Shown here: piece after piece, positions 26,959-36,805 of the stretch
Numbering within the stretch: position 1 is the stretch's first letter
How the letters are laid out: every line of letters begins with the position of its first letter
Assembly (NCBI GenBank): GCA_035691545.1
Contig: DASSIT010000028.1
Location: 19,348 to 83,347, forward strand
Direction: 5' to 3'
Source: Pseudolabrys sp.
GTDB taxonomy: Bacteria; Pseudomonadota; Alphaproteobacteria; Rhizobiales; Xanthobacteraceae
Length of the DNA: 64,000 nucleotides
Notes under the pieces: model-generated
What the model was told of the DNA's origin: nothing
Databases searched by the model: none
The model's input: the letters and a program-made list of their open reading frames with translations, nothing else
Made by a program: the position numbers and the translations under genes

Positions 26959-27927
26959 TTATGCGGACGCTGCCGCGCACGCAACTTCGCTGATTTTCAC
27001 CTTTGCCAATAGATTCTGCACATCTTCTGCTCGGCACAACTCCGTGCCCGGTGACAGCACCGCTGCGGATCCGGAGGCAACGGCCACACGAAACGCCTGC
27101 GGCAATGATTTGCCTGAGGCTAGCGCGGCGACGAGGCCACCAAGAAAGCTGTCGCCGGCGCCCACCGTGCTGACGGGTTCGATGGTGAGCGGTTCCGCGC
27201 GCCAGACGCGATCAGGCGTGACGAGAAGCGCTCCGTCTTCACCGAGCGTGAGGGCAACAATACCCACGCACCCATCCTTAATGAGCTTGCGGCATGCGGT
27301 GACACGGGCGTCGTCTGTCGTCAGCGGGGCGCTGACGAGATCCGAAAGCTCTACCAGGTTCGGCTTGATCAGCGCGACGCCTTCCTTCAGGGCCGCTTTC
27401 AGCGCCGCCCCCGACGTGTCGATTACACATTGTGCGCCGAGGCGTTTGGCCTCGCTTGCGGCGCGCGCAAAAAAATCTTCGGGAACGCCGGGCGGTACGC
27501 TTCCGCTTGCGACCACGAATTTCGGTTTTTGAGGCAAAGTTGTCAGCTTGTCGAGAACAGCTTCCCATTCCGCGCGATACAGTGCCGAACCGGGCAGCAC
27601 GAAGCGGTACTGCTCGCCAGTCGACTCTTCGTAGGCGGTAAAGTTTTCGCGCGTTTCAACGTGCGACGGCGTGACCAGGCTGTCGATCCCTTCGCGGTCT
27701 ACAAGCCGGTGCAGCAATTTTCCGATCGCACCGCCGGTCGGATAGATTGCGACGACATTACTGCCGAGGCGGTGGGCGACGCGTGCTACGTTGATACCGC
27801 CGCCGCCCGGATCGCGCTTGGGCGCCGAACACCGCATTTTCCGCGTCGGCTCCACACGGGGGACATTCACGAAGATATCGATGGCGGGGTTGATCGTCAG
27901 CGTAGCGATATCGGGCACAACAGCCAT
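26959..27927 (-). CDS. 1-phosphofructokinase-family hexose kinase (PfkB)
   Basis: TLTINPAID, PGGGGINVAR, IKPN and STVGAGDSF motifs. Confidence 0.92.
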   Translation of the reverse strand: MAVVPDIATLTINPAIDIFVNVPRVEPTRKMRCSAPKRDPGGGGINVARVAHRLGSNVVAIYPTGGAIGKLLHRLVDREGIDSLVTPSHVETRENFTAYEESTGEQYRFVLPGSALYRAEWEAVLDKLTTLPQKPKFVVASGSVPPGVPEDFFARAASEAKRLGAQCVIDTSGAALKAALKEGVALIKPNLVELSDLVSAPLTTDDARVTACRKLIKDGCVGIVALTLGEDGALLVTPDRVWRAEPLTIEPVSTVGAGDSFLGGLVAALASGKSLPQAFRVAVASGSAAVLSPGTELCRAEDVQNLLAKVKISEVACAAASA

Positions 27928-28312
27928 CCATTCCCGCAAAGAGTAATGTTCTCGGCAGAACGAGTCACGATGCCGGACCATATAGGTATTTTTTGGTTGC
28001 TTTCACCCCACGCGGATTTCCGAAAAATTGTGGGGAACAGACGTGCCGCTTCGGCGTTTCGGGTTTTCGCCACGATGACGCCGGGGTCATGCCTCGATAA
28101 TGCGACGATCGCCTGCCGCGACGACGCTTTTCGGCGCGCGGCTCGGGCGCCGGCTAGTGTTACTTCGGGCCGAATAACGGCGATCCCAAAAGAACCACGA
28201 TCCATATTGCCGCCAATGCGCCGAAGGCAACGAGCAATACGCTCATGTGCGACCCCTCTGAGGTGGCAAATTGTGCCCCAACAGCCTAGCACAGGCGCGG
28301 ACCTTACCGCGC

Positions 28313-28348
28313 AAAAAAAGCCGGCCGCGCGGGTTCGCGCAGCCGGCC
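28313..28348 (-). terminator. Intrinsic terminator of the deacetylase gene
   Basis: Minus strand GGCCGGCTGCGCG-AACC-CGCGCGGCCGGC-TTTTTTT. Confidence 0.75.
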
Positions 28349-28366
28349 CAATTCGATCGCGGTATT

Positions 28367-29308
28367 TCAGTTTCCGCTGATGGTCTTGATGACGTTTGAC
28401 ATCGGTCGCGCTTCCTCAAGCCCGCCGCCCATTTCCTTGAGGACGGCGTCCACATATTCCTTCTTCGGCTCGACCGGCGTCTTGCCGGTCACCTGAACGA
28501 CCTTGTAGCCGCCATCCTTCAGCTTTTTGAGGATTTCGGGCAGCGCTTCGGATGTCGCGTGCTGGAAATCGTGCATCAGGATAATGCCCTTGCCGTGCTT
28601 CTCGAGCTTCGCCATTACCGATTTGATCACCTGGTCAGGCTTGCGCATCTTGAAATCGAACGAGTCCATGTCTGTGGAAAAGATTCCGACATTCCGATCG
28701 CCAAGATACTTCACCATTTCCGGCGGGTTGCGCAGTGCAGGGAAGCGGAAAAACGGGCCAACCGGTTTGTTGCCGAGCGCAACGCTCACTGCCGCTATGC
28801 CCTTTTCGATTTCATCGGTGGCTTCTTGCGGCGTAACTCGTGTGAGATCCTTGTGCGACCAGGTGTGCGAGCCGATGGTATGACCGGCTCCGGCAACTTC
28901 CTTGAGAATTTCAGGATGCCAGCCGGCATGCTTGCCGATCGGGAAAAATAACGCCTTGGTGCATTGATCGGCGAGGGCCTTGAGAACGCGGGGCGTGTTT
29001 CCCGGCCACGGGCCATCATCGAATGTCAGCACGACTTCATGATCCCGCAGGAAGTCGTAAGCCTTGAATTGTTCGAAGCCAAAACCGGGGCCGCCGGTGG
29101 TATCGATCTGCACCACGCGCGTAACGCCAAGTGCGTTCGGGTTATTGCAGGTCGCTACCGCAGGTGCCGGCGCCGCAGGTGGAGCGGCGGCAGGTGCTGC
29201 CGTCGGCGCGGGAACTGGGGCCTGCGTGTTTTGAGCCCAGGCGGGAATCGCCGCCGACACCGACATTGCCAGAGCTATCGCCAAAGCGCTGCGCATCACG
29301 TTCTCCAT
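28367..29308 (-). CDS. Exported polysaccharide/peptidoglycan deacetylase (NodB/CE4)
   Basis: LTFDDGP, HTWSH, FFRFP and ILMHD motifs; signal peptide and Pro/Ala-rich linker. Confidence 0.93.
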   Translation of the reverse strand: MENVMRSALAIALAMSVSAAIPAWAQNTQAPVPAPTAAPAAAPPAAPAPAVATCNNPNALGVTRVVQIDTTGGPGFGFEQFKAYDFLRDHEVVLTFDDGPWPGNTPRVLKALADQCTKALFFPIGKHAGWHPEILKEVAGAGHTIGSHTWSHKDLTRVTPQEATDEIEKGIAAVSVALGNKPVGPFFRFPALRNPPEMVKYLGDRNVGIFSTDMDSFDFKMRKPDQVIKSVMAKLEKHGKGIILMHDFQHATSEALPEILKKLKDGGYKVVQVTGKTPVEPKKEYVDAVLKEMGGGLEEARPMSNVIKTISGN

Positions 29309-29510
29309 ACGCGGTAAGAGTCCATATTCGAAAAATCGAATCTATTCATCGCGGCTTTGGTCTACCAAGTCAACGCCATGCACAAGTACCTGTGTTTTGT
29401 AGATATTTGTTGGCCAGAAGGTCGTTAACCCTTGGGGCTCTAAGCCGCGTTGCTTCGGCCCTCCATCAAGCCTATCTAAGTTAACAATGAAGGTTTTCGG
29501 AGGCTGATTC

Positions 29511-29669
29511 ATGCCGGCGATCGTGTCCAACGCTTCGTTGTCGCGGCCGATGTTGTTGCTGGCGCTCGCAGGCGGCGCGTTGGCTTCGGTGACTTTCGGG
29601 CTTTGGGCCTATTACGGTACAGCGGTGTTCCTCGAGATGGTGCGCACCGGCTGGTTGGCGTGCTTTTGA
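29511..29669 (+). CDS. Small membrane protein (52 aa) upstream of SCO, absent from the ORF track
   Basis: GGAGG RBS; ...ALASVTFGLWAYYGTAVFLEMVRTGWLACF; stop lies 16 bp before the SCO start. Confidence 0.75.
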   Translation: MPAIVSNASLSRPMLLLALAGGALASVTFGLWAYYGTAVFLEMVRTGWLACF

Positions 29670-29685
29670 CGCCGGTTGAATTCCC

Positions 29686-30285
29686 ATGACGACGCGGACG
29701 TCGCAAATTCTGCTCGTCGTTACTGCCTTTCTGACGGGGCTGGTGGTTTTTGCCGGCGTACTTCTTTATGCGACCGGGAACTTTTCCGGCGCGATCAGGA
29801 CAGCGGGGTCCGCAATTGGCGGTCCGTTCAAGCTTGTGGATGAGAACGGCAAGCCCATCACCGATAGGGACATGAAGGGGCGGCCATACCTCGTGTTTTT
29901 TGGTTATACGCACTGTCCCGATGTTTGCCCGACCACATTGTTTGAGGTGTCCGAGGTCATGCGGGCGCTGGGCAAGGATGCGGACCGTACCAGCGCGCTG
30001 TTCATCACCGTCGATCCGGAACGGGATACCCCTGCGGTCATGAAGGATTATTTGTCGAGCTTTGATCCGCATCTGCGCGGGGCGACCGGCGAATCCGCCG
30101 CGGTCGATGCAGCGGAAAAAGCCTACCGCGTTTACGCGAAGAAGGTACCAACCGGAAACGGCGAATACAGCATGGATCACACGGCGCTTGTCTATCTGAT
30201 GGACAAGCAGGGCCGCTTTGTTGCGCCGTTCAGCCTGAAACGGCGGCCCGAGGACGCAGCCGCGGATTTGCGGCGTTATATGTAG
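29686..30285 (+). CDS. SCO1/SenC copper chaperone
   Basis: FGYTHCPDVCP, TVDPERD and YSMDHT motifs; N-terminal TM. Confidence 0.95.
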   Translation: MTTRTSQILLVVTAFLTGLVVFAGVLLYATGNFSGAIRTAGSAIGGPFKLVDENGKPITDRDMKGRPYLVFFGYTHCPDVCPTTLFEVSEVMRALGKDADRTSALFITVDPERDTPAVMKDYLSSFDPHLRGATGESAAVDAAEKAYRVYAKKVPTGNGEYSMDHTALVYLMDKQGRFVAPFSLKRRPEDAAADLRRYM

Positions 30286-31954
30286 CGTCGATCCATATCT
30301 GTGGAATTTCGCCGCGGTGCATCAGCTCGGTAATGTGCGTGTTAAGCCTAAGCAGCGCGGACGTTAGGTTTTCGAGGCGCGGCGGACCATCGAGGCCGTG
30401 CTCGGTCTTGTTCCACCGCGATGGCGCAGAAACGATCTCGCGCGCTGCCCACCAGCCGGCGGCTGACAGCAGCAGCCAATAGAGTGGTGTCAGCAGAAGG
30501 ATGGGCGCCCTGTTCAACATTCCCCGCCGCCACAGGCCGAGGAAACCGAGTGAGGCGGATACAAAATAGCCAAATCCTGCTGCTGCAAGGACATGCATCA
30601 GCCGGAAATCTCCTCCCGGAATGCCGCCGATACAATCCCAGATCAAATTGATCAAAAATAGCGGGTGGACAAGAGTCACCAGCGCATTGCCACCGACAAC
30701 GAGTTGAAATGTGAGAAAACCGGACAACCCGAGTTGACGCAAAAGGTAAATCGGGCTGCGCATATGAACCAGCCATGTCTGCATCCAGCCTTTGAGCCAG
30801 CGTGAACGCTGCCGCAACCAGTCGTAGGCCCTGGCCGGAGCTTCTTCATAGGTCGTGGAATCGATCACACCGCATCGGTAGCCGTAACGGGCAAGGCGCA
30901 TGCCGAGATCGGCGTCCTCGGTCACGTTGTAAGCGTCCCATTTGCCAACCTCGCGCAGCGTTGCCGTGCGGAAATGATTGGAGGAGCCGCCGAGCGGCAG
31001 AGGCAAACCGAATGCAGCGAGATTCGGAAGAAAGATGTCGAATTGCCCGGCATATTCGGCTGTAAAATAACGGGCGAGCCAGCTCGTGTCTGTGTCTATG
31101 CAAAGACGTGCTTGCACGCAGGCAAGGTCGTTGCTCGACGAACGAAAGGTTTCGACGGCGCGGCGAAGCTGATTTGAATCAGGCCGGTCCTCGGCGTCAT
31201 AGATTACGGTGAACTCGCCGCGCGCGAACTCAAGCGCAATGTTGAGGGCTTTCGGTTTTGTGCGCGGCTCGGTCGGAGGCGCAGGAATGACGGTGACGGG
31301 AACACAATGCTTGCGTGTGGTGATTGCCGCCCGCGTTTCGGGCTCGTCCGCTTCCACGACGAGGATGACATCCAGTTTTGCAGCGGGGTAGTCGAGTCGT
31401 TCAATTCCCGAGAGCAGTTGATCGACAACCCTCGCTTCACGGCGAAGTGGAAGAATGATGCTGTAGATCGGCAGGTCCTCATCGGACGCGATCGCGGCCC
31501 GATTTTTTTGGGTTTCCGCCGACCACGACCCGCACCCGACAATTAGGAGACGAAACCCGGCCGGCAGCACCGCAAGAATGCAAAGCGCGAACGAACCATA
31601 TGCGTTGGAGAGGGCAACTACAGCCAGCGCGCCGAGCAGCAGCGGAAGAACCCGGGCAAGTTTCCGAAGTGTTCCGGCCGAGAAAGCCGGCTGCGTGGAA
31701 TTGAGTTGCTCGGCAGCGCGCGTCGCGGCGGCCTTCAGGACATCCTCGATGCTGGCGCCAAGAGCAAACGCGCGGCGCTGTGCGGCCGTGTGCGCAAAAC
31801 CGCCGGGCTGTTTCCGCAGATCAATGTTTCCGTGTGCATTTCTCCGTTCGCATGGCCGCTTCCGGAAATTCCAGAATCGAAACGGGGAAAGGTGTCCCGC
31901 AGGATAGATTTTCAAAAAGCGGGTGCCTTTCGCACCCCCAACGCAAGTCCCCAT
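30230..31954 (-). CDS. Membrane glycosyltransferase family 2 (processive type)
   Basis: LDYP, TKPKALN, YDAED, LGGSSNHF, TEDADLG and QRSRW motifs; start uncertain; 3' end overlaps SCO. Confidence 0.88.
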   Translation of the reverse strand: MGTCVGGAKGTRFLKIYPAGHLSPFRFWNFRKRPCERRNAHGNIDLRKQPGGFAHTAAQRRAFALGASIEDVLKAAATRAAEQLNSTQPAFSAGTLRKLARVLPLLLGALAVVALSNAYGSFALCILAVLPAGFRLLIVGCGSWSAETQKNRAAIASDEDLPIYSIILPLRREARVVDQLLSGIERLDYPAAKLDVILVVEADEPETRAAITTRKHCVPVTVIPAPPTEPRTKPKALNIALEFARGEFTVIYDAEDRPDSNQLRRAVETFRSSSNDLACVQARLCIDTDTSWLARYFTAEYAGQFDIFLPNLAAFGLPLPLGGSSNHFRTATLREVGKWDAYNVTEDADLGMRLARYGYRCGVIDSTTYEEAPARAYDWLRQRSRWLKGWMQTWLVHMRSPIYLLRQLGLSGFLTFQLVVGGNALVTLVHPLFLINLIWDCIGGIPGGDFRLMHVLAAAGFGYFVSASLGFLGLWRRGMLNRAPILLLTPLYWLLLSAAGWWAAREIVSAPSRWNKTEHGLDGPPRLENLTSALLRLNTHITELMHRGEIPQIWIDATYNAANPRLRPRAAVSG

Positions 31955-32066
31955 ACACCACCCAACGCAAGCACTCAGCTTTTTGGGGATGTTATAGGAA
32001 ATACAACCTTTAGGCGAGTCAGAATTTTACGCACGACCCGATCGCCGATGTTAGAAGGCGCAGTCC

Positions 32067-32261
32067 ATGTCGGAGTTCATGTCACATTTCATGGTACCGG
32101 CCGCCATCGTAGCGGTCGCGATCGTGCTTTTGCTCGGCCTGATCAACATGATGCGAGGCGGTTCGCCGAACCGTTCGCAGCGGTTGATGCGCCTGCGTGT
32201 TTTACTACAGTTCGTCGCCATTATCGTGATTATGGTGACGATCTGGGCGCTGGGCCGCTAG
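32067..32261 (+). CDS. Twin transmembrane helix small protein (HIG1 domain)
   Basis: LLLGLINMMRGG..NRSQRLMRLRVLLQ; usual position before pduO-etfBA. Confidence 0.9.
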   Translation: MSEFMSHFMVPAAIVAVAIVLLLGLINMMRGGSPNRSQRLMRLRVLLQFVAIIVIMVTIWALGR

Positions 32262-32283
32262 GCTGGCAGAAGCTTGGCGGCGG

Positions 32284-32472
32284 TCACTTCATCGGCGCTG
32301 CGCGCATGTACTCGACTTTTTCCTTTTGCACTTTGACCTTCTTTTTCTTCTTGGCCGAGTAGTCAGCAACAACGGATTTTGCCGCGTGCAGACCGGCGCC
32401 GCAGGCCCAGGCGGGCGCGGTTGCTGGCATTGCAAGGAAAGCAGCGGCAATGGCAATCGTCAGAACACGCAT
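32284..32472 (-). CDS. Small secreted Lys-rich protein (62 aa)
   Basis: Signal peptide ending AWA; DYSAKKKKK...KEKVEYMRAAPMK. Confidence 0.7.
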   Translation of the reverse strand: MRVLTIAIAAAFLAMPATAPAWACGAGLHAAKSVVADYSAKKKKKVKVQKEKVEYMRAAPMK

Positions 32473-32560
32473 GAGCGTCACCCCGTTTTTGAGATTGAAA
32501 CCAGCTTGGATAAAGCCTAACTCGAATCTGTGACCTGGAAAATGCCTTCGCGAGGCCGAT

Positions 32561-33133
32561 ATGGTTGTGCTCAACCGAATTTATACGCGAACCGGCGACG
32601 ACGGCACGACGTCACTCGGCACCGGTGACCGGCGCAAGAAATACGACCTGCGGGTTGATGCCTATGGCACTATCGATGAGGTCAATGCCGTCATCGGACT
32701 GGTGCGGCTGCATACCGCCGGTGAACCGGCTCTGGATGCCGCCCTCGGCCGTATCCAGAACGATCTGTTCGACGTTGAGGCAGACCTGTGCCTCGCCGAA
32801 AAGGGGCCCGGCGGCGCACGCCTGACTGTGACCGACGCGCAGGTTGCCTGGCTGGAAGCCGAAATTGACCGGCTCAATGCCGACCTTGCGCCGTTGAAGT
32901 CGTTCATTTTGCCTGGAGGGAGCCCTGCGTCGACCTATCTTCACTTGGCGCGGACGGTCTGCCGGCGGGCAGAACGGATCATGGTCGCGCTCAAGGACAA
33001 GCCCGGCGAAGGGGTATCGTCGTCGTCACTTCGCTACGTCAATCGGCTTTCGGACTACCTGTTTGTCGCTGGGCGCCATGCCAACGACAAAGGTGCGGCT
33101 GACATATTGTGGACGCCCGGCCAGAACCGGTAG
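32561..33133 (+). CDS. pduO: PduO-type cob(I)alamin adenosyltransferase
   Basis: IYTRTGDDGTT, AYGTIDE, FILPGG, RTVCRRAER and NRLSD motifs. Confidence 0.93.
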   Translation: MVVLNRIYTRTGDDGTTSLGTGDRRKKYDLRVDAYGTIDEVNAVIGLVRLHTAGEPALDAALGRIQNDLFDVEADLCLAEKGPGGARLTVTDAQVAWLEAEIDRLNADLAPLKSFILPGGSPASTYLHLARTVCRRAERIMVALKDKPGEGVSSSSLRYVNRLSDYLFVAGRHANDKGAADILWTPGQNR

Positions 33134-33228
33134 GTCTTACCGCGCCGCAGCATAAACGTTGACAGGCCGACGCCACGACCTTTAGCTTCCGCCGGCTCTG
33201 CAGTCGTGCCCGCCCGGGATGGGGAATC

Positions 33229-33975
33229 ATGAAAATTCTGGTGCCCGTGAAACGGGTGGTCGATTTCAACGTCAAAATTCGCGTCAAATCGGATGGCTCA
33301 GGTGTTGAGCTTGCTAACGTCAAGATGTCGATGAATCCCTTCGATGAGATTGCCGTCGAAGAAGCACTTCGTCTGAAGGAAGCGGGCAAGGCGACGGAAG
33401 TCGTGGCTGTATCGATTGGCCCCGCACAAGCCTCCGAGACGATCCGAACCGCGCTCGCTATGGGTGCCGACCGTGGAATCCTCGTGAAGACGGATGCGGT
33501 TGTTGAACCTCTTGCCGTTGCAAAAATTCTCAAGGGCATCGTCGACGCGGAAAAGCCCGGCCTCGTCATCATGGGCAAGCAGGCGATCGACGACGACAGC
33601 AATCAGACGGGTCAGATGCTGGCGGCCCTTCTGAATTGGGCGCAGGGGACTTTTGCGTCCAAGCTCGCGATCGAGGGCGACGCCGTCAGCGTCACGCGTG
33701 AAGTAGACGGCGGCCTGCAGACCGTTAAGCTCAAGATGCCGGCAATCATTACGACCGATCTGCGCCTGAACGAGCCCCGTTACGCCTCGCTGCCGAATAT
33801 CATGAAGGCAAAGAAAAAGCCGATCGATGAAAAGTCGCCGGACGCCTATGGCGTTGACGTCAAGCCCAGGCTGCAGGTGCTCAAGACTTCGGAGCCGCCG
33901 GGCCGTAAATCCGGAGTGAAGGTCGGTTCAGTGGCTGAGCTCGTCAGCAAGCTCAAAGAGGTGGGGGTGATCTAG
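33229..33975 (+). CDS. etfB: Electron transfer flavoprotein beta subunit
   Basis: [26 protein letters not shown] and EPRYASL motifs. Confidence 0.97.
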   Translation: MKILVPVKRVVDFNVKIRVKSDGSGVELANVKMSMNPFDEIAVEEALRLKEAGKATEVVAVSIGPAQASETIRTALAMGADRGILVKTDAVVEPLAVAKILKGIVDAEKPGLVIMGKQAIDDDSNQTGQMLAALLNWAQGTFASKLAIEGDAVSVTREVDGGLQTVKLKMPAIITTDLRLNEPRYASLPNIMKAKKKPIDEKSPDAYGVDVKPRLQVLKTSEPPGRKSGVKVGSVAELVSKLKEVGVI

Positions 33976-34920
33976 ATGACCACGCTTCTCGTCGCCGAAC
34001 ACGACAACAACACGATCAAGGATGCCACCAACAAGGCGTTTACGGCTGCGAAGGCAATCGGAGACGACGTCCATGTACTTGTCGCGGGCAAGGACTGCAA
34101 ACCGGCAGCCGACACGGCGGCAAAGCTTGACGGCGTCAAAAAGGTTCTCGTTGCCGACGCCCCGACTTACGAGCACCAGCTCGCAGAGCCTCTTGCCGCG
34201 CTGATTGTTTCGCTGGCTGGAAACTATGACGCAATCGTCGCGCCGGCCACGACGACCGGCAAGAATGTGATGCCGCGGGTGGCGGCACTGCTCGACGTCA
34301 TGCAGATTTCCGACGTGACCAAGGTGGTTTCCCCCGATACCTTTGAAAGGCCAATCTACGCCGGCAATGCGATCCAGACGGTGAAGTCGACAGATCCGAA
34401 AAAGGTCATCACGGTGCGCACCTCGACCTTTCAGGCCGCTGGCGCCGGTGGCTCAGGCAGCGTCGAAACGATCGCGGCCGCCGCCGATCCGGGCCTATCA
34501 ACGTTCGCAGGTGAGCAACTCTCGAAGTCAGACCGGCCCGAACTGACTTCGGCCAAAATCATCATTTCCGGCGGTCGCGCCATGCAAAGCCGTGACAATT
34601 TCACAAAATACATTGAGCCCGTTGCCGACAAGCTGGGAGCTGCGATGGGCGCCTCGCGTGCGGCGGTTGATGCGGGCTATGCGCCAAACGACTGGCAGGT
34701 CGGGCAAACAGGCAAGGTCGTCGCCCCCGAGCTTTACATCGCGGTCGGAATTTCCGGTGCAATTCAGCATCTCGCAGGGATGAAAGACTCCAAGGTGATT
34801 GTTGCTATCAATAAGGATGAGGAGGCTCCGATCTTTCAGGTCGCCGATTACGGCCTGGTCGCGGACCTCTATCAGGCGCTACCGGAGCTCGCGACGGAAC
34901 TCGACAAGGTCAAGCGTTGA
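33976..34920 (+). CDS. etfA: Electron transfer flavoprotein alpha subunit
   Basis: RPIYAGN, ASRAAVDAG, QVGQTGK and GISGAIQH motifs. Confidence 0.97.
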   Translation: MTTLLVAEHDNNTIKDATNKAFTAAKAIGDDVHVLVAGKDCKPAADTAAKLDGVKKVLVADAPTYEHQLAEPLAALIVSLAGNYDAIVAPATTTGKNVMPRVAALLDVMQISDVTKVVSPDTFERPIYAGNAIQTVKSTDPKKVITVRTSTFQAAGAGGSGSVETIAAAADPGLSTFAGEQLSKSDRPELTSAKIIISGGRAMQSRDNFTKYIEPVADKLGAAMGASRAAVDAGYAPNDWQVGQTGKVVAPELYIAVGISGAIQHLAGMKDSKVIVAINKDEEAPIFQVADYGLVADLYQALPELATELDKVKR

Positions 34921-35048
34921 CTACAATCCGATTTTGTTATTCCGCCGGTGGCGCGGCGCGGGAGTAAGTCGTAAAAGTGCAGCGAAACAACGAAATTTAA
35001 CCGGATTCGAAGCCGAGAGCCGGGTCTTCGCATCGATCGGACAAGAAC

Positions 35049-35927
35049 ATGGTCAAGATTCAGAGTGTCGGGGTAATCGGTGCCGGCCAGATGGGCAACG
35101 GCATTGCGCATGTTTGCGCGCTCGCGGGTTACTCCGTAATGCTCAACGACGTGTCGCCGGATCGTATCAAGGCTGGAATGGCGACCATCAACGGTAACAT
35201 GGCGCGCCAGGTCGGCAAAAAGGCGATCAGCGAAGAGGACCGGAAGGCCGCCTTGGGCCGCATCAAGCCCGCGGAAAAGTACGATGGCCTTGCGAGCTGC
35301 GATCTTGTCATCGAAACCGCGACCGAAAAAGAAGAGGTCAAGCGCAAGATCTTCTCGGAACTCTGCGCATCGCTCAAATCCGATGCCATCGTCGCGACCA
35401 ATACCTCGTCGATCTCGATAACGAGGCTTGCCGCCTCGACCGACCGGCCTGAGCGGTTCATCGGCATTCATTTCATGAATCCGGTGCCACTGATGGAATT
35501 GGTCGAATTGATCCGTGGCATTGCGACCGACGATGCCACGTTCGAGACGAGCAAGGCGTTTGTCACGAAGCTCGGCAAAACCATCGCGGTGTCCGAGGAT
35601 TTTCTGGCCTTCATCGTCAATCGTATCCTGCTGCCGATGATCAACGAAGCGATCTACACGCTCTACGAAGGGGTCGGGAACGTGGAGTCGATCGACACCG
35701 CCATGCGCCTCGGTGCCCACCATCCGATGGGTCCGCTCGAGCTCGCCGACTTCATCGGGCTCGATACCTGCCTGTCAGTGATGCAGGTGCTTTACGAAGG
35801 ACTTGCCGACTCGAAATACCGGCCATGCCCGCTGCTGGTGAAATATGTCGAAGCCGGGTGGCTCGGCCGCAAAACCCAGCGCGGCTTTTATGACTATCGC
35901 GGCGAAAAGCCGGTCCCGACGCGATAG
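35049..35927 (+). CDS. hbd: 3-hydroxybutyryl-CoA dehydrogenase
   Basis: GAGQMGNG, TNTSS, HFMNPVP and HPMGPL motifs. Confidence 0.94.
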   Translation: MVKIQSVGVIGAGQMGNGIAHVCALAGYSVMLNDVSPDRIKAGMATINGNMARQVGKKAISEEDRKAALGRIKPAEKYDGLASCDLVIETATEKEEVKRKIFSELCASLKSDAIVATNTSSISITRLAASTDRPERFIGIHFMNPVPLMELVELIRGIATDDATFETSKAFVTKLGKTIAVSEDFLAFIVNRILLPMINEAIYTLYEGVGNVESIDTAMRLGAHHPMGPLELADFIGLDTCLSVMQVLYEGLADSKYRPCPLLVKYVEAGWLGRKTQRGFYDYRGEKPVPTR

Positions 35928-35965
35928 CGCAAAATCCGTTTGAGCTGATGAAAAACCTCATCCGC

Positions 35966-36049
35966 TCATTCCCGCGCAAGCGGGAATTAAGGGCTACCTG
36001 CTCCCGTTTTCAAATTTTCGCTCCGGGATCCCCGCTTTCGCGGAGACGA
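35966..36049. repeat. REP-like inverted doublet between convergent genes
   Basis: TCATTCCCGCGCAAGCGGGAAT ... GGATCCCCGCTTTCGCGGAGACGA. Confidence 0.75.
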
Positions 36050-36104
36050 ATGAAAACAAGATTTTGATTCAACCTGATCGAATCTCGCGCAAATTTCACA
36101 TATT

Positions 36105-36752
36105 TCAGGCCGCTGCGGGGTTCTCGACAAAATCCGCCATCTGCGCGTCGAGTGCGCGCCGGAAGGCCGGACGCGCTTCGTTTCGCACACGGTAGGCGTC
36201 GAGTACCGGATATTGCGCGAGAAGATCGCAATGGCGCGGGATGCGGAGCACTGTCGTCATCAGCAGGTCGGCGACCGTGAAGCGGTCCTCCAGGTAGTCG
36301 CGATCGCCAAGCCAGTCCGATAGCGCGGCAAGCCTAGTCTGTGCCAGTTTGAGCGCCGCCGGCCGCCGTTGCTTCGCCCAATCTTCATTGGCGCTGCGAT
36401 CGACGGCCGTGAAGTTCACGATGTGCGGTTCCACCGAATTGAGCGCCGCGAACATCCACGCCGTGGTGCGGGCGCGCGCATTCGCGTCACGCGGCATCAG
36501 CGTGTCTGATCGCCCGGCGATGTGCAGGAGGATGGCGCCGGATTCAAACAGCACGAGGCTGTCTTCCTCATAGACAGGGACCTGGCCAAACGGCTGCATC
36601 GCGCGGTAGGCATCGGAGGCTTGGTCCTGCGGTCCGATCAGCCTGGTCTCATAAGGCAGGCCCGCTTCTTCGAGCGCCCATCGCACTCTCAAATCGCGCA
36701 CCAGGCCGCGGGCGATCTGCGGCACCCAACGAAACGCACTGATTTTGATCAT
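36105..36752 (-). CDS. Glutathione S-transferase family protein
   Basis: RDLRVRWALEE, QPFGQVP, FESGAI and FTVAD motifs. Confidence 0.93.
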   Translation of the reverse strand: MIKISAFRWVPQIARGLVRDLRVRWALEEAGLPYETRLIGPQDQASDAYRAMQPFGQVPVYEEDSLVLFESGAILLHIAGRSDTLMPRDANARARTTAWMFAALNSVEPHIVNFTAVDRSANEDWAKQRRPAALKLAQTRLAALSDWLGDRDYLEDRFTVADLLMTTVLRIPRHCDLLAQYPVLDAYRVRNEARPAFRRALDAQMADFVENPAAA

Positions 36753-36805
36753 TGTCAGATCCCCATTATTTCTCGGTCGGCACTGTCGTTTCAAATCTGG
36801 TTATT

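Noticed and set aside
35590-35625. Hbd reads EDFLAFIVNR where EDFPAF is typical
   Set aside because: A single substitution or base-call error; frame and catalytic motifs are intact
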